Shown here piece after piece: positions 28,983-40,949 of a stretch of 64,000 nt of DNA; position 1 is the first letter of the stretch; every line of letters starts with the position of its first letter. This DNA comes from Octopus sinensis (taxonomy: Eukaryota). A program made the position numbers and the translations under genes. Below the pieces are notes generated by a model, which was not told the DNA's origin, searched no databases, and saw only the letters and a program-made list of their open reading frames with translations. The stretch lies in the NCBI RefSeq assembly GCF_006345805.1, contig NC_043006.1, positions 50,282,001 to 50,346,000 on the forward strand, read 5' to 3'.

Positions 28983-29217
28983 CAGTGGCACCCAAAATGA
29001 GCGGTACTGCCTTCTGGGGCAGTGGAAAGTTCCGGCCAATAATGGGGTGACCAAAGAAAATAATGGGTTAATTAGGTTAATTTTATTTGTGAAATACTGT
29101 TGTTTTGAATTTGCTACAGAAAATTATCTGTCTGTGATGGTGAGTGGAGTGGTGGGCACTACGAATGCGGCCTTAGAACTAAGGGAGCGGCAGCCTGAAA
29201 CAGTTTGGGAACCACTG
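28983..29217. mobile_element. hAT-type MITE
   Basis: TIRs cagtggcacccaaa / tttgggaaccactg; 8-bp flanks ttgtaaag / ttgtaaaa (7 of 8 match). Confidence 0.7.
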
Positions 29218-29777
29218 TTGTAAAATGTAGAGTGTTGCTGGAGTCATAGTTTGTGGGCATCGCTTACTTAGGGATTTGTTTCATGGTTAATCTAATTAGT
29301 TTTGCATAATGCTTAGATACTGGTGTCTTGTTTGGGAGGTTCTGTGGCATATATATATATATATATATATAAATTAAAGATTTGTATGTATTTATAAATG
29401 AAATTAAATTGTACACACACACACACACATACACACACATGCACACACACACATATATACATATATACATATACATTTAAGTATACAATTTTAAATACAT
29501 AATTATAATTACGGGCGCTGGAGGGACAACGCCAATATTCTACTTTTAGCGCATTGGCATTATCCCTCCAGTTCCCTTAGTTATAATTATATTCTTAAAT
29601 ATCAATTTTACCGATATGCTGTTCTTAATGCGCTGGCCACTGGTATAATCATTTTAGTGATAGAAGTTTCAATAAAAATAGTAATGCAATACGAGAGTAT
29701 TGCTTTCCAGTAAAGAATAGCCCGTGAGGGAAAATTATACATAGAAGTAAATATATGGCACAACGAAGTACCGATAT

Positions 29778-31415
29778 TTACTGGAAAATAGCGAACGTAA
29801 TAAATACGACGCTAATGTATAGCTTCACCGCGTATGTACTAGCAAAAATGAAGAAGAAAGAGGGAAGAAGGGAGAGGAGGGAAAGAGAGTAGGGGTGAAA
29901 GGATGAAGGACTGAAGAGAAGTAGGGGTCGGGGGGAGGTTAGATGAGGAGGGGGGATAGGGGGTTTAGATGAGGAGGGGGGAGAGTTGAAACCAAATGGC
30001 GTAAAAGAGCGAAGAGAGAAAATTAATTCCTGTTCACGGCGCAAACGAGAATCCGGATGGCCTCTGTGCAAGGACAAACCGAACACAAACAGGTGTTGCA
30101 AGGCGTGACCGGTGGAGCGGAAATGGCGTGAGACTGGTGTGTCGTTGGCAAGGCGGATGTCACGGAGGTGTTCCGCGAACCGGTCGGCCAAGCGGCGTCC
30201 CGTTTGTCCGATGTACAGGGAATGGCAGAGAGAGCAAGAGATGCAATAGATGATATTGCTGGAGGTGCAGGTGAAGGAGTTGATGATGCGATAGGGTCGA
30301 TGATGGGTGCCAGTGAGGAGGGTGGTGTTGGAGAGGTATGGGCAAGTGCGGCAACGTGGGCGGGAGCAGGGGAACGAGCCAGGTTGGGAGGTAGGGTCAG
30401 GGAAGGAGCTGTGGACCAAAAGGTCTCGTAGGTTATGGGCTCGTTTGAAGGAGGGGAGGGGTCGGTTAGGGAAGAGGTGTGAAGTGGACGGGTAGGACTG
30501 GAGATGCCGGAAAGCTCGAAGAATGGTGCGTTGGAGAGGTAGGGTCGTGGGGTGGCAAGTGAGGGGAAAAGGGAGGCGGGAGACTACAGGGCGGGTTCGG
30601 GGGGAGAGAGCAGATGCACGGTCTACGGAATGTACTCTGGCAAGGGCGGTGTGGATAGTGGGGAGGGGGTATCCACGTAGGATGAAGTGGTGAGCCATGC
30701 GTTGAGACTGAGTCTCAAAGTCATGGTCGTCACTACAGAGCCTACGTAGACGGATGAATTGGGAATAGGGGATGGAAAGCTTGGTGTGTTTTGGGTGGGA
30801 GGAAGAGAAGTTTAGGTATGAGTGTGAGTCTGTGTGTTTGTAGTGAATGGAGGTGGTAAGAGTGGAGTGATGAATGCTGACCGAAATGTCGAGGAAGGAG
30901 ACAGAGGTGTTGGAGATAGTGGAGGTGAAGTGGACGGCTGGATGGAAGGATTGAACAAAAGAGAAGAAGGAATCTAGATGTTCACGGGAGAGTGAGGTGG
31001 CACCGATAATGTCGTCAATGTAACAACCGTATAGTTCAGGAGTGGGACCAGTGAAATTAGAGAATATTTGGGCCTCAACATAGCCAACGAACAGGTTCGC
31101 ATAGTTGGGGCCCATTCGCGTTCCCATGGCCACTCCCGAGAACTGTTGGTAGAACTCGCCCGCGAACGAGAAGCAGTTGAGAGTAAGGACAAGTTCGGCC
31201 AGACGAATGAGTGTGGAGGTGTCAGGTTCAGGGTTGGGGCGGAGGTCGAGAAAGTGTTGAAGTGCCCGCAGTCCTTCGTGGTGAGGGATGACGGTATAGA
31301 GGCTCTGGATGTCCATAGTAAAAAGGATTTTGGAGGAGCCGGGAGGAAAGGAGAAAGAGTTGAAAATCCGGAGAGCATGGTTGGTATCGTGGATGTGGGA
31401 GGGAAGAGACGCCAC
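29778..31415 (-). CDS. PLE reverse transcriptase + GIY-YIG endonuclease (partial ORF)
   Basis: TMDIQSLYT, GVAMGTRMGPNYANLFVG, YIDD, FLDI, and IIYCISC..LYIGQTGRRLADRFAEH; the C-terminal tail is probably read-through into the UTR. Confidence 0.88.
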   Translation of the reverse strand: MASLPSHIHDTNHALRIFNSFSFPPGSSKILFTMDIQSLYTVIPHHEGLRALQHFLDLRPNPEPDTSTLIRLAELVLTLNCFSFAGEFYQQFSGVAMGTRMGPNYANLFVGYVEAQIFSNFTGPTPELYGCYIDDIIGATSLSREHLDSFFSFVQSFHPAVHFTSTISNTSVSFLDISVSIHHSTLTTSIHYKHTDSHSYLNFSSSHPKHTKLSIPYSQFIRLRRLCSDDHDFETQSQRMAHHFILRGYPLPTIHTALARVHSVDRASALSPRTRPVVSRLPFPLTCHPTTLPLQRTILRAFRHLQSYPSTSHLFPNRPLPSFKRAHNLRDLLVHSSFPDPTSQPGSFPCSRPRCRTCPYLSNTTLLTGTHHRPYRIINSFTCTSSNIIYCISCSLCHSLYIGQTGRRLADRFAEHLRDIRLANDTPVSRHFRSTGHALQHLFVFGLSLHRGHPDSRLRREQELIFSLRSFTPFGFNSPPSSSKPPIPPPHLTSPRPLLLFSPSSFHPYSLSLLSLLPSFFFIFASTYAVKLYISVVFITFAIFQ

Positions 31416-31640
31416 TAGGGGAGCAAGGACACGGTCGAAGTATTTAGAGATGAGCTCCGTGGGGCAGTTACGGGCGGAGACGATGGGGCAGCCAGGGTTG
31501 TTGAGTTTGTGGATTTTGGGGAGGAGGTAAATGGTGGGGGTACGTGGGTTCGCACAATTAGGTTGGATGCGGTGTGGGGGAGACGGGAGGACGAGATGAG
31601 GTCGTGGACAGTAGAGGATACCGTCTGTTGGTAGCTACGT
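29778..31640 (-). mobile_element. 5'-truncated Penelope-like retroelement (Neptune-like)
   Basis: LPKIHK motif upstream and in frame with the 545-aa ORF; Cys-rich linker PCSRPRCRTC between RT and endonuclease. Confidence 0.93.
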
Positions 31641-31648
31641 GTGGGGTT

Positions 31649-31717
<69 letters not shown>

Positions 31718-32269
31718 ATATATGTGTATGTTAAAGATTCACCTCTTAGAAATGTTCCATGTGGTAAACATCTTGACATTTGTGAAAATGGAAAATTTTT
31801 AAATATCCCCCTTTAACAAAATAAAGATGAAAATGATCAACTATGAAAGACAACACTTTATAAAAGTTCGAAATCCGAAACTACATTGGAAATAGATGAC
31901 ATTTAAAATAGTCAGCAATTTAAAATATCCCACTTTGCAAAAATAATAATGAAAACGATTTATTACGAGACGATAGAAGAATATTTCATAAGAGTTTTAA
32001 ATCCGAAACCACATCAGAAATAGTAAATACGATTACAAAAAGAACAACTTCCACCTTATGCATTAGCTCAGAATGTGCGTATTTGAAAGCTGAAAAACGA
32101 AAGCGCTTACACACAACATCTACGAACTAGACATAAAATACACACTATGCACAAACATCTTTCACAAAGATTTATGATATTCTGTTAGATATTTATTTTC
32201 AAAATTGTTAATAACGTTTTAAAAATCTTATTCTTGTACATGTGTCAAGTAACTTTTACAAAAGTTTTA

Positions 32270-32404
<135 letters not shown>

Positions 32405-32407
32405 CTT

Positions 32408-32450
<43 letters not shown>

Positions 32451-32459
32451 CTATATATA

Positions 32460-32963
32460 TATAAACTTGGAGAAGAGAAATAACGCGTGCGTTCGGTCAT
32501 ATGTAATATTATAAATAAATAAAATATATGCATATATACATACATATATGTACATACTTACATCTACATGTATATATACATGCATATATATACATATATA
32601 CATGAGTACAGGACACCACAAATATACGTAGAACACAACGAGAGACGAGAACATAAAATCAAACAAGGAAACGGACTTTTTTTAAACAACGAAAAAACAG
32701 AGTACAGGACAAACAATACAAGGAAAATTCCCCTTCATCAGTTGTCCCTGGTTCGACTCAAAGTGTGTTTCGAAGGTAAGGACAGAACACAGTCGAAGCA
32801 GTCCTTCCTGCGGAAGGAATTAAATAAAATTTTTTGCAGAGGGGTAAGACAAGTGACAAAGACAGGACGTAAAAGCAATACAAATGAAGAAAAAACAATA
32901 CAAATGAAGAAAAAACAGTACAATAAAGAAACAGGACAGGAAACAGACAATAAGGGCTTTCTT

Positions 32964-33044
<81 letters not shown>

Positions 33045-33580
33045 ATATATATATAAACTTGGAGAAGAGAAATAACGCGTGCGTTCGGTCATATAGTAAT
33101 ATAATAAATTTTTGCCTGGACGGTGCAAAAATTAGTTAGAACACATGTGAAAAATCGGCTTACGAAGGACAGAAGTCGATCAATACTTGTTGAAGGACGA
33201 AGCTGAAAGAAAGTTTTAGTAACCCTCTGGTCAGGAGGAGGAGGAGGAGAGAGAGAGAGACGGAGGGGAAGAAACCAGAAAGGGTGAAAAATAAAGAAAG
33301 TTTTAGCAACCCTCTGGTCAGGAGGGGGAGGAGGAGGAGAGAGAGAGAGAGAGAGAGGGGAAGAAACCAGAAAGGGTGAAAAATAAGAAGGAGAGAGACA
33401 AGTAGAGAGAAAGACAGACAGACAGGGAGGAAAGTTCAAAGAGTGATGATTCAAATAAAAACTTGGAGAAGAGAAATAACGCGTGCGTTCGGTCATATAG
33501 TAATATAATAAATAAATAAAATATATGCATATATACATACATATATGTACATACTTACATCTACATGTATATATACATGC

Positions 33581-33615
<35 letters not shown>

Positions 33616-33785
33616 TATATGAGTACAGGACACCACAAATAAACGTAAAACACAACGAGAGATGAGAACATAAAATCAAACAAGGAAACGGACTTTTTTT
33701 AAAACAACGAAAAAACAGAGTACAGGACAAACAATACAAGGAAAATTCCCCTTCATCAGCTGTCCCTGGTTCGACTCAAAGTGTG
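32460..33785 (-). mobile_element. Non-coding partial-tandem element with about 300-bp direct repeats and a permuted HHR motif
   Basis: 32463-32767 is repeated at 33459-33784; a third partial copy at 33054-33108; related to 52765-53190 and 59782-60935. Confidence 0.75.
32730..32791 (-). ncRNA. Putative non-circularly permuted hammerhead ribozyme
   Basis: Minus strand: TGTGT T CTGTCCTT A CCTTC GAAACACA..AGGGACAA CTGATGA AGGGG. Confidence 0.6.
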
Positions 33786-34372
33786 ATGCGATGTGTCATC
33801 ACCAATGCAGCAGCTGTGTCAGCATGAATGTCCTTGAGAGATAAGCCCTTTTTCTGCAGGTACATGATAACACCACGTTGCCAAAGTTTGTCCATTTTCA
33901 AAAGAAGTCGCTACTAGTTACTCCTTGAGTCTTCTTTAAACAGTCAGATGTCAGTTTGCCTGGAAATAAACACTGCTGTTATTTATAAGAAGCGTTGAAA
34001 TTAATGTCTGCAATATTTCACATTTCTAGCATCACTCCATCATAGTCAGCCTATGAACTTTGCAGCCCATACGCGTATGTTCTTTTCTGAGTGTTTTGTT
34101 TGTTTCTCGGTTTGTTGGAAGTGGTCAACCTTGTGGTTGTAGAGGATATAAAAGCTATATCTTGTACAAGAGATATTGAACATTCTTCTCGTTTTCATTC
34201 GACGGAAAGAAAACATAGACAGACAGAAACACACACGCACACATACACACACGTAATTGTACGTTATTCACATATATGCATATATAAACCACATAAATAC
34301 ATTGAAGGATTAAACTCATGTGCATATGTACATAAATTCTTAAATGTCTATACATATATAGATATACATGTA

Positions 34373-34597
34373 CAGTAATCTCTCTCATATAGCGGTTCAC
34401 CTATCGCAGTTTATTATTTAAGCTTACGTCCATTCCTCCGACGTGTTGTTTTGTATCTATGATAAAATAAATATATACAAATTATAAAAAATGATAAAAA
34501 TATACAGTACAGTAATGTTTCTACTTTGCGGATTTTCATCTATTGCGGGAGCGGGGCGGAGTGGAAGGTAACACCCGCGATAGTCGAGGGATTACTG
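34373..34597. mobile_element. Tigger/pogo-like MITE
   Basis: TA-cagtaatctctc..tatagcgg / ccgcgatagtcgagggattactg-TA. Confidence 0.65.
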
Positions 34598-34736
34598 TAT
34601 TTATATGTCACTCTCTGTGTCTGTTTGTTTATCTATATATCTATCTACATCTATTTCTCTATATACATCTATTTATACAAATATATAACTATATGTAAAT
34701 AAGAAAGCATGCTCATATATCTATTTAAACATACAT

Positions 34737-35103
34737 ACGCAGGAGTGGCTGTGTGGTAAGTAGCTTGCTTACCAACCATATTGTTCCGGGTCCATTCCCA
34801 CTGCGTGACAGCTTGGGCAAGTGCCTTCTACTATAGCCTCGGACCGACCAAAGCCTTGTGAGTGGATTTGGTAGACGGAAATTGAAAGAAGCCCGTCGTA
34901 TATATATGTATATATATATATAATATATATATATATACTATATACGACGGGCTTGCCCAGCTGTCACGCAGTGGGAATGAACCCGGAACAATATGATTGG
35001 TAAGCAAGCTACTTACCACACAGCCACTCCTGCGTATGTATGTTTAAATAGATATATGAGCATGCTTTCGTATTTACATATAGTTATATATATATATATA
35101 TAT

Positions 35104-35161
<58 letters not shown>

Positions 35162-35352
35162 TGTAGTATGTATGTTTGTGGTGTCTGTGTTTGTCCCCCC
35201 GACAACCGATGGTGATGTGTTTACGTCTCTGTAACTTAGTGGCTCGGCAAAAGCCACCGATAGAATAAGTACTAGGCTTCCAAAAAATAAGTCTTGAGGG
35301 TGATTTGCTTGACTAAAAGCATGGCCACAGTCAAATGACTGAAACGAGTAAA
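34737..35352 (+). mobile_element. SINE family B interrupted by a fold-back inverted duplication
   Basis: Head 34737-34890; inverted copy of flank plus head at about 34943-35090; tail about 35180-35352. Confidence 0.8.
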
Positions 35353-35423
35353 GAATATACAAAAATTTTCGTCTCTAAAACTAATCAATCCAATGAAGTC
35401 TGCTATTAACAGAACCATTAGAA

Positions 35424-35470
<47 letters not shown>

Positions 35471-36239
35471 CACGAATGAATATGTTTATGTATATATACA
35501 TATAAATATTACGTATATATGCACATATTCGTCAATACGACTGCTCACTCCAATATCTGATATAGCGAGATTCCGGAGAAATATATTAGAAATATTATAC
35601 GCACTGTTAAAAGATTTTCATTTATTCTCTCCAACCTCATGTATAGATAATTACTCCATTTCAATGATGCGAATGCTACTATGTAAAATTATTGATTAAG
35701 GTAGCGTCGTAACCAGCACTAAGGATTTTGAACTGGAATACTGCATTAATTAAGCCCTTTGCCCTGTTGCTATGGATTACCAATCATACACAATTCATAA
35801 GCAAACACATATAACGTCTTGTTCTCGAAGATTACCGCAATCCACTAAAGACATACGCACCATGCATACAAGAAACCGTATCATAGATATTAAAAATATC
35901 AAAGCTAAATTAACAAAAAAAAAATTGACGCTTGGCTGTATTTTAAGAAGTTTGCTTCCTAACCACATCCTTTCAGGTTCAGTCCCTTTGTGGGGTAGAA
36001 TAACGTGGTACAATTACATTAGTTGGAATTTTTCGTTACGAAAATTAAAAAAACTACAAAAACTTTATCTGTATGTGCCCTATCATGGCCACAGCCTTAA
36101 GGTTGAAACGTATATAAACGAAATAATATGTATATATGTGTATATATATATATATATATATACATATATATATAATATATATATATGTAAATGTATATAT
36201 AATATGAATAATATATATGCATATATACATACATATATA

Positions 36240-36306
<67 letters not shown>

Positions 36307-36321
36307 TATATATATACATAT

Positions 36322-36536
36322 ATAGGTACAGGACGTTACAAAACGTAAACAACATGAAATACGAAGACGGGTATGCGAACAACGAGAGAAACAAATGGAA
36401 AACAAGACAAGTAACATAAAGAACGATCCTTCATCAGTTGTCGGCTGTCCAACTACTCCTCATTTCGAGCAATTAACGACAAGTTTGCTTCTGTATTTCA
36501 TGTTGCTTACGATTTCGTGACATCCTGTACCTATAT
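36322..36536 (-). mobile_element. Short inverted-repeat element with a truncated permuted HHR
   Basis: ataggtacaggacgttacaaaacgtaa.caacatgaaatac is inverted at 36493-36534; minus strand TTGTCG..GCTC GAAATGAG..CGACAA CTGATGA AGG. Confidence 0.6.
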
Positions 36537-36703
36537 ATGCATATATATATATATATATATATATACATATTATTGATATTATTAAATGATTGAACGCCAC
36601 GCATCCATTTCCAAGTAAGTATATATATATATATATACATACATACATACATATATATATATATTATATATATATATATATATATAATATATATATATTA
36701 TAT

Positions 36704-36758
<55 letters not shown>

Positions 36759-36761
36759 TAT

Positions 36762-37316
36762 TGGATTTTAAGAACTTTCCGGTCCAAAGAACAAGGTGTC
36801 ATCATACCACTTTTCTCCTCCTTTGTACGGCCACACCTCGAATACTGCTGCCCACTGTGGTCTCCCCATACAAGACAAAACATCTCGAGGATTGAATCAC
36901 CCCAGAGGGCACTCACTAAATGAATTGAAGGCATGGCTGCTCTCGATTATTGGGACCGCTTTAAAGCCTTAAAACTCTACTCTCTCCAGCGTCGCCGTGA
37001 GCGGTACATCATTTGTACGATGTGGAGAATATACCGCCAACTTTGCCCAAACGACCTGAACATTAGCTTCAAGATTCATCCAAGACTGGGACCACGGGCC
37101 ATAGTCCCCTGCCCAATTCAAGATCACAGCATACATGTACACTGCAACTTAATTTCTTTTCCTCAACAGGCCCTGCCCTATTTAACATTGTCCCGAAAGA
37201 GATCAAAGAGGAAAAGGATCCCATCAACTTTAAACGGAGTCTGGATAGATTCCTTCAAGGAATACCAGATAAGCCACCCATAATTGGATACAACTCACCC
37301 AACAAAAACTCACTCC
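36762..37316 (+). mobile_element. CR1/L2-group LINE fragment, close copy of about 54339-54885
   Basis: LKLYSLQRRRERYIICTMWRIY; nucleotide similarity visible by eye. Confidence 0.88.
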
Positions 37317-37804
37317 TCGGTTGAGGATTTTGATTTCCTACAGAATGTCAGAGGACTGGAAAGTATAGAGGAAACAGATACCTTATGTGAATATAGAAAA
37401 TAGCATAACACTTTCTTCAGGCAAAAGAATTCTATAGCAAAAGTATTTCTGTTAAAAGTTTCTGGAAAATGTTTATGTGAAATTTTCTTTAACGATTCTA
37501 TGATTAATATGTACAAAAATATATATGGAATTTTCAAATATCTGACAGTAAATATTTGATATAGGCGTCTAGGCAATATGGAGACATTTTAACAGTAGTA
37601 ACTGATATTGTTTTATTTGTGAATAGTATAACAAACAAATGAATATTTATTAGATTTGGCAGCAAAAGAAATTCATGATACTATGTGTGATTTGGCTAAA
37701 ATCCTTACGCTTCACAATTTTGAATTGTAACAATTTGTGAACCATAATGTGGTGTCTTGAAGAGAGTGTTTTGTAGCCAACATTATGTTTAAATATTAAT
37801 GTAT

Positions 37805-37978
37805 AAGCGTAGGAGTGGCTGTGTGGTAAGTAGCTTGCTTACCAACCACATGGTTCCAGGTTCAGTCCCACTGCGTGACACCCACCTTGGGCAAGTGTCT
37901 TCTACTATAGCCTCGGGCCGACCAAAGTCTTGTGAGTGGATATGATAGACGGAAACTGAAAGAAGCCCGTCGTATAAA

Positions 37979-38062
<84 letters not shown>

Positions 38063-38288
38063 CTGTGTTTGTGTGTCTGTGTTTGTCCTCCCAACATCGC
38101 TTGACAACCGATGCTGGTGTGTTTACGTCCCCGTAATTTAGTGGTTCTTCAAAAGAGACCGATAGAATAAGTACTAGGCGTACAAAGAATAAGTCCTGGG
38201 GTCGATTTGCTCGACTAAAGGCGGTGCTCCAGCATGGCCACAGTCAAATGACTGAAACAAGTAAAAGTGTAAACAAGTAAAAGAGTAC
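37805..38288 (+). mobile_element. SINE family B, full length, internal (TA)n(TG)n
   Basis: A box TGGCTGTGTGGTAAG, B-box-like GGTTCAGTCCC, CORE-like segment, tail actgaaacaagtaaaa. Confidence 0.88.
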
Positions 38289-38439
38289 TCTTATTTTGAA
38301 TCTTAGAAGTTTTTGCAGTGCTAAAATCCAGCCTTGCTTACGTTAAATATTCGCATACAAACACGCGTATCTGTATTTATTTAAGCATGTATTATCATAG
38401 AATCATTCACGTTTAACAGAACGTACTTGTGAGCCTATA

Positions 38440-39327
38440 CGAGGGGTATTCATTAAAGATTTCCCTCGGACCCACTTCCGGCTATTGCAGGAAACGGAAC
38501 TTGTGTAGGTAAAATGAAATATGTCTCTAGTTTTCATATTGTAAATCGCAACTTTTCACTAATATTCGTTTGTCTTCTACGGCTGCTGAAGTGGACTAAG
38601 GTGTTATAATGGAGGCAGTCGAATGCAGATCAGTGATCAGGTTCTTATACTTGAATGGTCGTACATAAAAAAAGACTTTAAATGAAAAGAAAGAAGATTA
38701 TGGTGACGATACACCATCATACGACGTAGCCAAGCACTGGCATCGCCAATTGAAATGTGGTGGAATATCGGTGGAAACTGTTTCTATTCCGGGATAACCA
38801 CATTCCACCATTGATGATGACACCATTCATAAAGTGGAAGCCGCCATTTTGGAGGATCACCGCATAACTAATCGGCAATTAGCCCAAGAAGTGAAGATAA
38901 GTGTAGGTTACATGGAAAAAATTATTCACGACCATTTGCACATCTGGAAGTTGTCTGCAGGAAGGATTCCCCGGATGCTGTCACCTTTTCAGAAGCAGGA
39001 ACGAGTCAATTGCTCCTAGGCAATGTACCAAGAAAACCAGGAGGACTTTTTCGGTAGACTTATCACACATAATGAAACATGGGTCCATTAATATGAAATA
39101 ATGGAAGCATAATAATTCACCAACTCCAAAGATGGCTCGTGTTCAATCCTCAGCAGTCTCTTTTGAAGGGGAAGCACTTTTCGGATGATGGTGAACTTAT
39201 TTCCGAGGTAAAGTCTTGGCTCCATTCGTAACCTACCGACATCTACAGACGAGATCTTCACAACTGCATAAAGTGATTGAAGAAGTGTGTCACCATTGCA
39301 GGTGGCTATGTAGAGAAGGACTATTAA
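38440..39327 (+). mobile_element. Mariner, deleted second copy of the 21141 family
   Basis: Same left TIR cgaggggtattcattaaagatttccc; EAAILEDHRIT; internal deletion near 39157; no right TIR. Confidence 0.88.
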
Positions 39328-39669
39328 GGAAATGCGTTTAAAAACACTTATGAAACATGAATATATTAACTATGGCTATTGTAATATGCAAATATACCAA
39401 ATACATGAATGTGTGAATAACAAAAAACTATGTCCGAAATATTTCGGTATAGAATCACGTAAAGATGTTTTTAAATCATGAAAACTTAATTTAAAATTCA
39501 TATGAAACTTATTTCAAAATTTGGAAAGCTTGATAAATTCATTATATAAAAGATGGGTTATTTTTTTTCTAACAAAACTATTCCAGTCCTATAAGTATAC
39601 ATCTTGTATATAAAGATACATCTGTATAAAATTGTCATATAATGATTGTGCATTAGGCATATCTTTTAT

Positions 39670-39906
39670 TTTTTACTTGTTTTAGACATCAGACTGAGTC
39701 TGTGTTGGGGCCCTGCTTTTAAGTGTTTTAGTTGAATAACGCGACCCCAGGACCTAACTTTTAAAAGCCTAGTGCTTATTCTATCAGGTTCTTTCGCCGA
39801 ACAACTAAGTTACAGAACGTAAACACATCAACAGCAGTTGTCAAGCGGCGATGAAGGGCAAACGTCGACACAATGACATACACACACTCATATATACGTA
39901 CATACG

Positions 39907-39973
<67 letters not shown>

Positions 39974-40130
39974 GACAGGCATCTTCCAGTTTCGGTCTAC
40001 CAAATGACAGGCTTTGGTCAACATGAGCTGTAGTAGAAGACACTTGCTCAAGTTGCCACTCGGTGGGAATGAACCTAGAACGATGTGGTTGGAAAGCAAA
40101 ATTCTTAGGATACAGCTATACCTGCGTCTA
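39670..40130 (-). mobile_element. Diverged SINE family B
   Basis: ttattctatc, cagttgtcaagc, gtctaccaaat, tagtagaagacacttgctcaag landmarks. Confidence 0.7.
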
Positions 40131-40145
40131 TATGCACATCCGCGC

Positions 40146-40189
<44 letters not shown>

Positions 40190-40949
40190 AGAATTATATG
40201 AAGAGAGAAAGATAGAACCGTGGAACTCCACTACCCATGAGGAAATATACGTATAAACATGAATAAATATTCATACTTACGCGCACTTACACATTCAAAA
40301 TTATACCCATTTTCAGGGTCACATGCACAACTTTTCACGCATACCTACACACATATATGTATACATTATGCATGCGTATATACACATATACACGTAGGTA
40401 GCTTACATTTACATAGAGTAAACGCAGTTTTACATGCAGGTATGTACGAGGTTTTGGCAAATGCTTCTTTGGGCATTCAGTTATATATAATCAATACATG
40501 TGCTTATGCTGACATATGATCCGCATACGCCCACATGCATACATATATACAGGCACATACAAGTATGAATATGGAAATGCATACATGAATGCTTACATAA
40601 ATACATGCATGAATGCTCAGGCATATACTGTACATCAAAATCCATATATGCATACTGTATACATATGCATATGTATACGTTCACGTAACTGCAGAATGCA
40701 TACATAGACAAATATGCATAAATTCGGACACTTTCATGTATACACTTGCGCATACAGTAATATTTAGGCATATAAGCGCATATACATAAACATGTAAACT
40801 CTACGTTGTGTTTACAAAATATGATTCAGGATTTTGGATTTGAAACATATACGTTTAATATAGAAAATATTAAGTTAGAACATGCCATACAGATTATGGA
40901 TGTAAGCTTAAAGTACTGGGTGCAGAGAACAGAATATCTGGAAGGATAG

